DNA of 64,000 nt from Chitinophagia bacterium (GTDB taxonomy: Bacteria; Bacteroidota; Bacteroidia; Chitinophagales; Chitinophagaceae). The notes under the pieces are model-generated. The model was not told where the DNA came from. It did not search any database and worked only from the letters and a program-made list of their open reading frames with translations. Below, piece by piece: positions 1 to 9,620 of this stretch. Each line of letters opens with the position of its first letter. The first letter of the stretch is position 1. Where the stretch lies: contig JBAXQE010000010.1 in the NCBI GenBank assembly GCA_037131895.1, forward strand, positions 17,778 to 81,777, given 5' to 3'. The translations under genes and the position numbers were made by a program.

Positions 1-1924
1 CAATAATTCTTTGCATAAATGAATCAGCCTTAGAAAATGAATGAAGGCATATGCTTCCATACATAATAAAGGTTAGCATAAATGCGCTGGTGGTTCCCCA
101 GTCGAGCCATGCATCTAGCATTGCAAATCCAAGTGTTAAAAAAATACTGTTAACTATAAAAGCAGATTCATCTTGTAAGCCTATTTTGCGATAGGCTGAT
201 TTAACAAAACCTGAAAATATATAAATAAAGCCAAGTAGTATGGTAATAATCTTTAGCCATAAGGGCGAATGGAGCGTCCAGTTAAGTCCTTGATTATATC
301 TATATTGATCATACCATTTTAATGGAGCAAAACAAAACGGCTCATGTAGGGTTTGAATGGGACATTTAACTAAGTTTGATTGAGTAGCATCAATTATTCC
401 ATTAACGGCTCTGCGTGCTGCCTCATTTGCTCCTTCCATGGTTGCCAAATCTGTGTGCGTTCTTACATAATCTGATGCAAAAAACAAATTGGGAATACCT
501 GTACTGGCATTCGGACGTAAATCCCATGAATTGATTCTGTTTACTAATAAGGGCTCAATATTTTTTAATACATGTTCACTTACTTGTGAAGAGGGAATCA
601 ATTGAATATCTCTATCAAGATAATAGTCCACTTTCATTTCATCAGAAATAACTATCCCCTCTGTATTTAAACTGTGTTTTAATTGCTCCCATACTTCTTT
701 TTCAACTTCATCTCTTGTGCAATCTTCTGCTGTTTTATTTGTAGTGAATTTTCCTGGTGACTGCCAATCACTGATGTCAACACTCAAAACTCCTTTTACT
801 TCTCCATTTCCCATTTGTGAAATGGAGTAATCTTCCCAAAACTGAGTTTGAGATATACAAGTAATAGCCCATTCAGAATCTGAACAAATTACATGACCTT
901 TATTTACAGGAACATCCTGATTCAAGAAGTATTGAATTCCATTCATCCAAGCAACACTGGTTGCCATTTCTTTCAGCGTTAGTAAACTGTTATCTACTTC
1001 AATAATTGAATCATTTATCAATTCTGCCGCTTTTTCCACGGGCACTGCTAAAAGATAATAGTCTCCTGTAACTTGCCTACTCGAATTATTTTCTTGAATG
1101 GTAATGCCCGATATAGATCCAGTTGCTTGATTATATTCCACGGATGTTGCACTTACTCCCTGATGTATTACAACTCCTTTATTGATAAGATGTTCTTTCC
1201 AAGGATTGAGCCATTTTTCATTAGTTGGGCCATTGAGCACACGATCCGTATCAATCGAGGGATCGGTATTACAATATAATAATTGAAGAAATATATCTCC
1301 TCCCGTTTTGGTGCTGGCTAATTCGGCTTTAGCTGCTACTAGCGTTCTGGTTAATCCTTCTACTAATAAATGCCGGTAACTTTCACTAAACTTTTCTGCC
1401 TCCGTAAACTTCCACCATGAAATTCTTTCGTAATCATTATTTCTTCTATCACTGCAAGAAGTAACCAATTGCCAAACCCTTTCAGCAAAAAATTTTAACT
1501 CCTCTTTTGATAATCCCGAATTTACTCCCCCAGTAATATCCTTGATTAATAATTCAATATCAGCTCTTGTTCTGGGAAATGAGGAAGGGGTAATAATGGG
1601 TGGTTTTCCATAGCGTGCAATCATTATTCTTTGCGTTGCCACTAGATTATCAAAAACTGAAACCGTACGATCATTTTTTTGAAAAGGGATTTCTCGCATT
1701 GTTGCAGTAATGTGCTGATAAAATCCAGGAAAAAAACGAAAGCCATGTTCACCTGGAAGAGGTCGTGTATATTTCCCTTCATTCGTATAGTCTATACTTC
1801 TTGCTTTTCCTCCAACATAATTGGGATTTTTTTCATAGACTTCCACTTCAAAATTTCGATAAATCAATTCGTGTGCCGCACTTAAACCTGCAACTCCACC
1901 ACCCAGAATAATTACTTTAGGCAT
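1..1924 (-). CDS. FAD-dependent oxidoreductase (HpnE / carotenoid-desaturase-like amine-oxidase fold) with a hydrophobic C-terminal extension; 3' end lies beyond the window edge
   Basis: Not in the ORF track because no stop falls in the window. Hand translation from ATG at 1924: MPKVIILGGGVAGLSAAHEL..EK (Rossmann GxGxxG), GEHGFRFFPGFY, and ASDYVRTHTDLATMEGANE near the end; the segments spot-checked down to position 2 are in the same frame. Confidence 0.85.
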   Translation of the reverse strand, partial: MPKVIILGGGVAGLSAAHELIYRNFEVEVYEKNPNYVGGKARSIDYTNEGKYTRPLPGEHGFRFFPGFYQHITATMREIPFQKNDRTVSVFDNLVATQRIMIARYGKPPIITPSSFPRTRADIELLIKDITGGVNSGLSKEELKFFAERVWQLVTSCSDRRNNDYERISWWKFTEAEKFSESYRHLLVEGLTRTLVAAKAELASTKTGGDIFLQLLYCNTDPSIDTDRVLNGPTNEKWLNPWKEHLINKGVVIHQGVSATSVEYNQATGSISGITIQENNSSRQVTGDYYLLAVPVEKAAELINDSIIEVDNSLLTLKEMATSVAWMNGIQYFLNQDVPVNKGHVICSDSEWAITCISQTQFWEDYSISQMGNGEVKGVLSVDISDWQSPGKFTTNKTAEDCTRDEVEKEVWEQLKHSLNTEGIVISDEMKVDYYLDRDIQLIPSSQVSEHVLKNIEPLLVNRINSWDLRPNASTGIPNLFFASDYVRTHTDLATMEGANEAARRAVNGIIDATQSNLVKCPIQTLHEPFCFAPLKWYDQYRYNQGLNWTLHSPLWLKIITILLGFIYIFSGFVKSAYRKIGLQDESAFIVNSIFLTLGFAMLDAWLDWGTTSAFMLTFIMYGSICLHSFSKADSFMQRII

Positions 1925-2584
1925 ATTAGTTTTGTTTTATTTCTGTAAGTTGAAGATTGTTAAAGTAATTTAAATTTTATTTACAGCATATCCAAATAAT
2001 TTTTTATGGAAGCGCATTTACCTTGAAAAACTATTAATTTATCTATTCATAAATTAAATTTATATAAATAGATGTACCTACTTTAAAGTAATTGCGAAAA
2101 TTAAAGAGATGAGCTGCATGTAATAAATTAAAATTTTTTTTGCAAAAAAGAGATGCTATTAAACGTTGATAGTTTCTGATATGTAAGAATTTCATAAATT
2201 AATGAAATACTACATCATGCACCGAATTGCATTTCTTATTTTGAGGGGTCCTTAAATTGCCCTCTATGTATGATTGGAATCAGAAATTACAGCCTAAAAA
2301 ATATCAACAAAAAAAATCCCTACCTTACCATTTTGTTCTATGATTACTTGTACGATTCTTAAAACTATTTGTTTAACCCTGCTGCTACTGAATTTGGAGT
2401 TTCTTTTTCACTGATGGCAGTAAATTCACCAATATTTTTAAAATTTGCAAATAGAAAGCTAAGCTTACAATTCCTGTTAAAAAATGTAGAAATGGATAAA
2501 TTGTATCTGAAAAATCAACCAATTTTATCTAACAGTTAAGTCTATTCTTTTCAAAAAAACACAAACAGTTAATCCCTTTAACTT

Positions 2585-4045
2585 TTAATGGTGTTTTATT
2601 CTTTTAACCACACCTCCGGATGTTTCTTTAATAGTATTAGCAAACACAAATGCTGCAGGATCTATTTCAGTAATAAGGTTTTTGAGTCTCCTAAGTTCTA
2701 AGCGGGTAATTACCGTGAAAATAATGTCACAATCGTTGCTGATACCATATTTTCCGGGTAAAAAGCCCCTTTCTCCTTTATAAATAGTAATACCTTTTCC
2801 CATTGTATTCACCAATTGGTACTTGATTACTTCACTTTTCGCAGAAATAATCGTTACTCCGGTATACGCTTGAATACCCTCTACCACATAGTCTATACAG
2901 CGTGTAGCTGCAAAATAAGTAAGAATTGAATAGAGGGCAGTTTCTAATCCAAATTTGGAGGCAGCAATCGAAAATATTATAATATTAATTCCTAAAATAA
3001 TTTCTGTAATGGTAAATGAACTTCTCCTTAAAGTATACAATGCTACCACCTCTATTCCATCTAACGCAGCACCCGCGCGCATAACTAACCCCACACCTGT
3101 ACCTAAAAATGCCCCTCCAAATAGGGAAATCAACAATTTGTCGTGGGTTAAAGGGAAGCTGGGAATAATTTGCAACAATATAGCTAATAGGAGAACTCCA
3201 AAGCACATTCGAATTGAAAATCGCAAACTTACCATAAAATAGCCGACAATCATCAGCGGCAAATTCAAGAAAATGAGCAATAGTCCCAAATTGAAATGTG
3301 TGCTTTCGTGAATCAATAGTGCCATTCCAGTAACCCCCCCATCAAAAAAATGGTTCGGTACCAAAAATCCATCTAAAGCTATGGCTGCTAGTCCGGCACC
3401 TGCCACCATTAACAAGGCATCGCGAACCTGTTTAATTAAGTTTTGTCTTTTGGTTGAAGGAGAAGAACTTTGAGCCAAAACCCTAAGTTGTTTCAGATGT
3501 TCCTGCTTAAGTGGTTCAAAAGTAGTGAGGGCGTAATCGGTAAAATATTTATGACTCGAAATAAAATTTAGCTGAACCTGATTCCAGTCTGCTTTTGCCG
3601 CTAATAATCCGAGTTTGCGTAATTCCTGTTCCAGATGCACAGCTGTTGAATAATAATCGTCAGTACCCAAATAACATAGATCGGCATCGCATACAATTTT
3701 TGCGAGCAGGTTCTGAGGACTCTGCGGCACTTTAGTAGCTAAAATGATGGCAGCAATCTGGTCGATTTGTTCCAGACTATACCCATAATCCGGGAGCCAT
3801 TTTTTGGCATATAGGCAGGAAGTTTCCTCATGATTAAGATGATTTTGTAAATAGCCAACATCATGAAGTAATGCCGCAGTTTTTACTATTAGCATTTCAT
3901 CTTCTGTTAATCTTTCATGGCTTCCAATTTTTTCTGCCATGGTAACAACTTGCTCCGTATGAGAGGTGTTATGATAAGTGAGCTGGTCCGACAGTCCTTC
4001 ATTAAGCTTCTGAATAACAAAAGGATATAATAAATCAAATTGCAT
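2585..4045 (-). CDS. HD-domain phosphohydrolase fused to a YitT-family membrane protein (C-terminal DUF2179-like domain)
   Basis: N-terminal YHN..HT, ALLHDVGY, NHEE, CDADL (HD motifs); then multi-TM YitT signature FLVPNHFFDGGVTG, GGAFLGTGVGL and the C-terminal GITIYKGERG..IDPAAFV. Confidence 0.85.
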   Translation of the reverse strand: MQFDLLYPFVIQKLNEGLSDQLTYHNTSHTEQVVTMAEKIGSHERLTEDEMLIVKTAALLHDVGYLQNHLNHEETSCLYAKKWLPDYGYSLEQIDQIAAIILATKVPQSPQNLLAKIVCDADLCYLGTDDYYSTAVHLEQELRKLGLLAAKADWNQVQLNFISSHKYFTDYALTTFEPLKQEHLKQLRVLAQSSSPSTKRQNLIKQVRDALLMVAGAGLAAIALDGFLVPNHFFDGGVTGMALLIHESTHFNLGLLLIFLNLPLMIVGYFMVSLRFSIRMCFGVLLLAILLQIIPSFPLTHDKLLISLFGGAFLGTGVGLVMRAGAALDGIEVVALYTLRRSSFTITEIILGINIIIFSIAASKFGLETALYSILTYFAATRCIDYVVEGIQAYTGVTIISAKSEVIKYQLVNTMGKGITIYKGERGFLPGKYGISNDCDIIFTVITRLELRRLKNLITEIDPAAFVFANTIKETSGGVVKRIKHH

Positions 4046-4369
4046 GGAGCATAATTAAATTAGCACTTTCAAATATACTTATTTTATAAATGACTTTTAA
4101 AGCTATTTTAGGCTTATTATGATTTATGTAATCCGTTGTATAATTTTCTAGAAAGGGATAAAATGCACTCTAGCATAGTTCCTGTTAGAATTGGAACGAA
4201 AGAGTAAATTTTGCATTTGTATGAATCGCCGCGCATAAATGTAAGCTTGAATAGGTAGGTTTTAATAAACTCTGTATTCGGTAAGCAATAAATGAAATCG
4301 GTTAATAGATGGATTTAATTCGACTTATTTAATAATCTCTGTTTACCTTTATTTTATAAATTATGTAAA

Positions 4370-5413
4370 ATGAAAAATTGTATCAGAACCTTTTTTGCCT
4401 TTGTGTGCATATTATTTTTTTCAGGTATGCTACCTGCTCAAAAAAATCAATCCATTGGTTTATTGAAAAAATTTTCCATCGCTAGTTCAGGTGGATGGGA
4501 TTATCTAGCAATTTCACCAGTGCACGATTGGCTATATGTAAGTCATGCTACCCAAGTGAATATCTTGAACAAAACTACTGGCGACTCTGTGGGTGTTATA
4601 CTCAATACTACCGGGGTTCATGGAATTGCTTTCGACCCAGCCAACAAAAAAGGGTTTACCAGCAATGGTAGACTGAATAATGTTACCGTTTTTGATATCA
4701 ATACCAATGAAATACTAGCGCAAATTCCTACTGGCATCAATCCCGATGCAATTTTCTTGGAGCCTTTTTCTAAAAAAATTATCACTTGTAATGGCCGCAG
4801 TAAAACACTCAGTATTATTGATCCAGCCACCAATCAATTAGTAGATAGCATTTTTGTTGGGGGTAAACCCGAAACCGCTGTTTCCGATGGAGCAGGCAAT
4901 CTTTGGGTGAATGTGGAAGACAAACATGAAATCGTTCGCATCAATCTCCGTACACTTCAAGTAACACATCATTATAGTTTGGCACCTGCCGAATCTCCAA
5001 CTGGACTTGCCTACGACCCCCAATCCAAGCGTTTATTTGCCGGTTGCGATAAAACATTGGTGGTGGTAGATGCCCTGGAGGGAAATATAATTGCTCAATT
5101 GCCTATTGGAGAAGGATGCGATGGGGTTGCTTTTGATCCAGCTTTGAGAATGATTTATACCAGCAACGGCGCTGCCGGCACATTGTCGATTATCCAACAA
5201 ATTGATGCCAATAAGTATCAGCTAGTTGACAATTTACCCAGTCAAAAATCTGCCAAAACCATTACACTTGATCCAGTAACCCATTGGGTATATCTCCCTG
5301 CTGCTGAATTAGAACCGCTTGCACCAGGAGAAACGGGTAGACCCAAAGTTAAACCCGGTACTTTTCAGATATTGGTGTTCGGATCAAACGAGCCGGTTAA
5401 AAAAACTAAGTAA
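4370..5413 (+). CDS. Secreted YncE/YVTN beta-propeller protein
   Basis: Signal peptide; GGWDYLA, GVHGIAFD, GKPETAVSDG, PTGLAYD, GCDGVAFD repeats. Confidence 0.85.
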   Translation: MKNCIRTFFAFVCILFFSGMLPAQKNQSIGLLKKFSIASSGGWDYLAISPVHDWLYVSHATQVNILNKTTGDSVGVILNTTGVHGIAFDPANKKGFTSNGRLNNVTVFDINTNEILAQIPTGINPDAIFLEPFSKKIITCNGRSKTLSIIDPATNQLVDSIFVGGKPETAVSDGAGNLWVNVEDKHEIVRINLRTLQVTHHYSLAPAESPTGLAYDPQSKRLFAGCDKTLVVVDALEGNIIAQLPIGEGCDGVAFDPALRMIYTSNGAAGTLSIIQQIDANKYQLVDNLPSQKSAKTITLDPVTHWVYLPAAELEPLAPGETGRPKVKPGTFQILVFGSNEPVKKTK

Positions 5414-7803
5414 TGCTATACAGAAATTTTTTGATGATAGTGGTTGGGTTATTGTTGAGTACCCAATTATTTGCTCAAACTGCCTCTGTATCCGGTACAC
5501 TGATGCAATCGGGTAAACCACTGGAACTGGTGAGTGTAATTCTATATAAGGATAGTACCAAACAAGTAGTAACTGCTTTTTCGGATAGCTTGGGAAAATT
5601 TCAGTTGAATAATATCCCAGTGGGAAATTATCAGTTGCGATTATTATTAATGGGCTTTGAAACCCAATATATACAACTGAACCTGGTTGCTGGTCCCAGC
5701 ACAATTGGCACTGTAACGATGGTGCCTAATGCCAATACTTTACAATCGGTGGAAGTTAACAGCATCCGCCGCATGATAAAAAAAACACCCAATGGATTTA
5801 TCATCAATGCTAAAGATAACCTTACCCAAATAGGCGGCTCTGCTACCGACCTGCTGAGCAATACCCCCACCGTGGTTACCGATCCCGAAAATGGCATTAC
5901 CATCCGTGGTAAAACTCCACTGATACTGATCAATGGCCGCAACTCGAATATCCGCTCCATCGACAATATTCCCGCTTCTTCCATAGAAACTATAGAAATT
6001 ATCAATAACCCTTCCGCACAATACGATGCGGAAGCTGAAGGGGGGATCATCAACATCACGCTTAAAAAAAATACCGGTAAGGGCACCAATGGTTCCTTTT
6101 TGTTAGGCACTGGAGTAGGTGCCAAAGGCAGATTGAATTCGGCTATTTTATTAGGGCATCAGGAAGGTAAATGGAATATTGGACTCACTTACGATAATCG
6201 CTTTGCCGGTAGAACCCGCCATGCGGATGCAGAAAGGATCAATTATAACCTTACCAACAATTATCAACAAACGCAGGTGCGGGATGACGATCGTTATGAA
6301 GAAACGCATAACGGAAAATTGAATCTGGATTTTACGCCCGATAAGCGACATTCAATCGGGCTCGAGGTGAATGGCAATATCGATAACCAGCATAATATCG
6401 AAACACTGCTAACCAAAATCAAATCGAATACCCAACAATTTGTAGGCGCCAATCAGCGGGTGTCGGATGAGCGAGAAACGGGTAAATCGCTTGAGTTCGC
6501 CCTTAACTACAACCAAACCTTTGCCAACCCAAAAAAGAAGCTCGCGATTTTATTAAGCAGTGGACAAAACCGCGACCGTCAGAATACCGATATACCCACC
6601 ACGCAGCTTGATAATGCCGGTAATCCTACCGGTTCGGTATACAAGCAGCGTACGCGTAATTTTGAGGATGCTGGCGTTAGCAATGCACGAATTGATTATA
6701 CGGTTCCGGTTACAGCGCATGCCACCTTGGCAATGGGCTATAAAGGAACGTTTAGAAATATTGATGCCGATTTCGTGAGTGAATACCAGCAAGGGGGTAA
6801 TTATTTCGTGAATACTGCGGCAAGCAATCGATTTATCTTTCAGGAGAACATTCAGGCCGGCTATTTGCAATACAAGGGTTCTGCCGAAGCGGCATCCGGG
6901 AAAAATATTAAATACGACCTAGGACTCCGTGCCGAACAAACCAATAATTCCGGTAAAGAGGGCAGTGGTAAAAATTTGTTCACCAATAGCTACCTCCAAT
7001 TTTTTCCTTCTGCAACGCTTTCGTATTATCTTTCCTCCAACGATTTTATCAAGTTGGGTTATTACCGACGCATTAATCGGCCTGGGTTGGGGCAGCTCAA
7101 TCCCTTTATTGATATAACGGATTCACTCAACCCGCATGGTGGTAATCCGTATTTGCAGCCCGAGTTGGTGAATGCGATTGAAACAGGTATCACCAAAGAG
7201 TGGAATAAAAATTCTATTACCGTTAATCTGTTTTACCGACACGCTATCAATAGTATACGCACTTTGATTACGCTTAACAATAATGGTGTTGCGCTGGTAT
7301 TGCCGCAGAATATCGGGTCGAATAATACCTATGGACTCGAAGCGATTGCTTCATTTGAGCCGCTGCCGGTTTGGTCGCTGAATGCAAGTGTTTCTGTTTT
7401 TCGCCAGCAGATGAATGCCGACAATATAGCCAAAGATTTGAGCAATGATGCTTGGAGTGGCTATGCTAAGTGTATCAATAATTTTTCATTGTCAAAAAAC
7501 AGTAAGCTGCAGATTGCCATCAACTATACAGCCCCCTCAGTTACGCCGCAAGGAACCCGGATTGCCGTGTACAATACCGATTGGGGCTTTCAGCAAAAAA
7601 TCAGCAAGGGTAGGGGAGCGATTGGGTTGGTGTTAACGGATGTGTTTAATACCCAGCAAAGTGGCATTACCGCATCTGGAAAAGATTTTAATTACTATCG
7701 CAATTTTAAAGTAGATAGCCGTGCCATTATGGTAAGCTTTGTATGGTCGTTTCGCACTAAGTTGAAGGAAGAGTTGTTGGAGAATAGGTATTCGAATGAT
7801 TAA
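5413..7803 (+). CDS. TonB-dependent-receptor-like outer-membrane beta-barrel protein with N-terminal carboxypeptidase-regulatory-like domain
   Basis: Signal peptide; plug motif LILINGR..IETIEIINNPSAQYDAEAEGGIINITLKK; RRINRP..QLNPF, GNPYLQPE. Start overlaps the upstream stop. Confidence 0.9.
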   Translation: MLYRNFLMIVVGLLLSTQLFAQTASVSGTLMQSGKPLELVSVILYKDSTKQVVTAFSDSLGKFQLNNIPVGNYQLRLLLMGFETQYIQLNLVAGPSTIGTVTMVPNANTLQSVEVNSIRRMIKKTPNGFIINAKDNLTQIGGSATDLLSNTPTVVTDPENGITIRGKTPLILINGRNSNIRSIDNIPASSIETIEIINNPSAQYDAEAEGGIINITLKKNTGKGTNGSFLLGTGVGAKGRLNSAILLGHQEGKWNIGLTYDNRFAGRTRHADAERINYNLTNNYQQTQVRDDDRYEETHNGKLNLDFTPDKRHSIGLEVNGNIDNQHNIETLLTKIKSNTQQFVGANQRVSDERETGKSLEFALNYNQTFANPKKKLAILLSSGQNRDRQNTDIPTTQLDNAGNPTGSVYKQRTRNFEDAGVSNARIDYTVPVTAHATLAMGYKGTFRNIDADFVSEYQQGGNYFVNTAASNRFIFQENIQAGYLQYKGSAEAASGKNIKYDLGLRAEQTNNSGKEGSGKNLFTNSYLQFFPSATLSYYLSSNDFIKLGYYRRINRPGLGQLNPFIDITDSLNPHGGNPYLQPELVNAIETGITKEWNKNSITVNLFYRHAINSIRTLITLNNNGVALVLPQNIGSNNTYGLEAIASFEPLPVWSLNASVSVFRQQMNADNIAKDLSNDAWSGYAKCINNFSLSKNSKLQIAINYTAPSVTPQGTRIAVYNTDWGFQQKISKGRGAIGLVLTDVFNTQQSGITASGKDFNYYRNFKVDSRAIMVSFVWSFRTKLKEELLENRYSND

Positions 7804-7879
7804 TACATAACAATTGTGAAGAAAACTACTTTTTAAAAGTTTGGTATTTTGGGGAAGTTGAATCGAATTGAGGGGGGGT

Positions 7880-8020
7880 ACTTTCCAAAAGTAGGGACTT
7901 TTGGAAAGCTATGTCGGAGTGAGCATCTTTTAAGTGAAGATTACCTTTTGCGAAGTGTATTTTAATTCCAAACAGCAAAGTTTCCTTCTCCGGCGGAAGA
8001 CTTTTGGGAGAATGAAATTG
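7880..8020. repeat. Copy A of the degenerate intergenic hairpin repeat (REP-like)
   Basis: Hairpin actttccaaaagt-aggg-acttttggaaag, then ggagtga..taagtgaa..ccttttgcgaag..attttaattccaaac..ggagaatgaaat; aligns by eye with copies at 9438, 11044 and 13494. Confidence 0.75.
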
Positions 8021-8032
8021 GTTTCACAATTG

Positions 8033-8368
8033 TTATAAATCCATCAAAACACGGATATTTCTTTTCAGTTGCTGAATTTGTTGGGAGTTAAGTTTCCCAA
8101 CTTTTTGAATCAATCGATTATTGTCAATTGCTCGTATCTGATCTACTAAAATATCCGAGGATAAGGGGAGCTGACCTTTCTTAATGTGCACGCGCAGCAA
8201 ATCAATTTCCGTATTTACATTTGATGTAATCGGACAAATAAGCGTAGATGGGTGAAAATCATTTAGTAAGTCGGTTTGAACAATAACTACGGGCCGGGTT
8301 TTTCCAGGTTCAGTACCCATGTGCGGATTTAAATTGGCCAGCCAAATATCATATTGTTTGCCTGCCAT
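8033..8368 (-). CDS. mazF: Type II TA toxin, PemK/MazF family endoribonuclease
   Basis: YDIWLANLNPHMGTEPGKTRPVVIVQ, CPITS, SDILVDQIRAIDNNRL are PemK/MazF hallmarks. Confidence 0.92.
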   Translation of the reverse strand: MAGKQYDIWLANLNPHMGTEPGKTRPVVIVQTDLLNDFHPSTLICPITSNVNTEIDLLRVHIKKGQLPLSSDILVDQIRAIDNNRLIQKVGKLNSQQIQQLKRNIRVLMDL

Positions 8369-8588
8369 CGATTAATTTTTCAAATTCCTGTAAAGCTTCC
8401 ATAGAATCAGGCGCCGTTAGGGACGATTCTTTGTAAAGTTGTTTTTTCAATAGTTTTCTTTTGTTAAACTGATTGTATAAATCCACTGCCTCATTAATAT
8501 AACGATTACGGGCTTTTTTTATCTGAGAAGTTATGCGTTCAGTTTCCAGGTAAATGTCATCATCCATTTTTAATGATAAGTTTTTCAT
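8349..8588 (-). CDS. Cognate antitoxin (ribbon-helix-helix-like N-terminus)
   Basis: 79 aa, overlaps the toxin start by 20 bp; N-terminal strand LSLKMDD followed by a helix with RNRYINEAV. Confidence 0.75.
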   Translation of the reverse strand: MKNLSLKMDDDIYLETERITSQIKKARNRYINEAVDLYNQFNKRKLLKKQLYKESSLTAPDSMEALQEFEKLIDGRQTI

Positions 8589-8601
8589 ACCAGTGGTTTT
8601 T

Positions 8602-8628
8602 ACAAAAGTATATATTTTTAGTATATAC
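8602..8628 (-). promoter_or_regulatory. Bacteroidota -7 promoter element (TActTTTG) overlapped by GTATATA/TATATAC repeats; likely TA autoregulatory operator
   Basis: Minus strand reads ggtatatactaaaaatatatacttttgtaaaaaccactggtATG. Confidence 0.55.
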
Positions 8629-8842
8629 CTTATCGTTGTTTGATATTTCTATTATAATGAAACTCCAATTTCAGTTAAAATCATAAGGAAATGTTAGGTG
8701 TTTATACGCTCAACTGTAAACTTGCATACAGTAACGCCATTCTGCACCAAGATCATAGTATGCGCTTGTGGGCCTTTGGAGCATGTGGGGTAGGTTTCCC
8801 GTGTAGTTTCCGAGCGAAAGGGAGGAATAGCATTGCATTTGC

Positions 8843-8875
8843 AAAATCAGTGTGCGTATGAGCGGGAGTGTGAGG
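8843..8875. repeat. Partial repeat unit (aaaatcagtgtg..tgag..gagtgtgag)
   Basis: Matches sub-units at about 11172, 55371 and 55564; lies just 3' of the 8889 gene. Confidence 0.5.
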
Positions 8876-8888
8876 AGGGACCCCCTTT

Positions 8889-9380
8889 CTATTTCTGTTC
8901 AGCAACTACCCTAGCAGGCAAGCTTTTCTGCATTTCCCGAAATTCTTGCTTGCTTAAAGACGAAGTAGCTACTTCCAATGTAAAATTATGTCTAGTTTTT
9001 ATTTCCATCATATGCTGCAATGGATAATGCCCATAATACAGGGAATCGTTTACTTGTACCTTTTTTAAAAATGAATTCCCCAATAAAGAATTTTTAAATT
9101 TTTGAAAACAAGAATCACAACTTAGGGTAGCTATTTCTCTATCGCAGCGACCGCCTTCTGAAAAATGAAAATAGTAGTCCAAATTTTGAACAGTTGTGTC
9201 TCTTAACAGAAACAGCAGCGTAGATTCGGTTTCTGTTAGCATAGCATTGAATTTATTCTTTTTGATTTTGGCATTCAAATCTTTTTTGATAGCATTCCGG
9301 GTATATCCATTAAAAAATATCTGTGCATTGCAATAGCTGCTAAGCAGGAGTGCCACTGTAAAAAGGGTAAGGACTTTCAT
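8889..9380 (-). CDS. Secreted hypothetical protein with CxxC motif (paralog of 10462..10935)
   Basis: Signal peptide from MKVLTLF (ATG 9380 preferred over track start 9398); shares ETxS..FLLRD.TV.N.D.Y.HFS..G.CD.E....SCDSCF..NDxLYYGxYP with the paralog. Confidence 0.8.
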   Translation of the reverse strand: MKVLTLFTVALLLSSYCNAQIFFNGYTRNAIKKDLNAKIKKNKFNAMLTETESTLLFLLRDTTVQNLDYYFHFSEGGRCDREIATLSCDSCFQKFKNSLLGNSFLKKVQVNDSLYYGHYPLQHMMEIKTRHNFTLEVATSSLSKQEFREMQKSLPARVVAEQK

Positions 9381-9437
9381 CGTAAAATAAATATACAAAA
9401 TTATATAAACTTTAACCTACTAAAAGGTAAGAGAATT

Positions 9438-9535
9438 ACTTTCCATTTGTTCGAGACTTTTGGAAAGTTTTATCGGAGTGAAAATCTGCTAAGTGAATGG
9501 TGTCCTTTTGCGAAGGAATTTTCGTTCCAAACCCG
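9438..9535. repeat. Copy B of the degenerate intergenic hairpin repeat
   Basis: actttcca..ttcgag-acttttggaaagt..ggagtga..taagtgaa..ccttttgcgaagg.attttcgttccaaac, co-linear with copy A. Confidence 0.75.
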
Positions 9536-9620
9536 GCAGTTCGCGAGGGAGCATTTTGTTGAACGAGTTAGTTTGGTGGAGCAAAATATCCTCATACGCA
9601 AACTCACTCTCACGCTGTTT

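Noticed and set aside
1073-1885. Plus-strand ORFs 1073..1279 and 1679..1885
   Set aside because: Antisense shadows of the long minus-strand oxidoreductase that the track missed.
2585-4045. Pycsar anti-phage system suggested by the HD subtype
   Set aside because: No pyrimidine cyclase nearby and the membrane part is clearly YitT, not a Pycsar TM effector.
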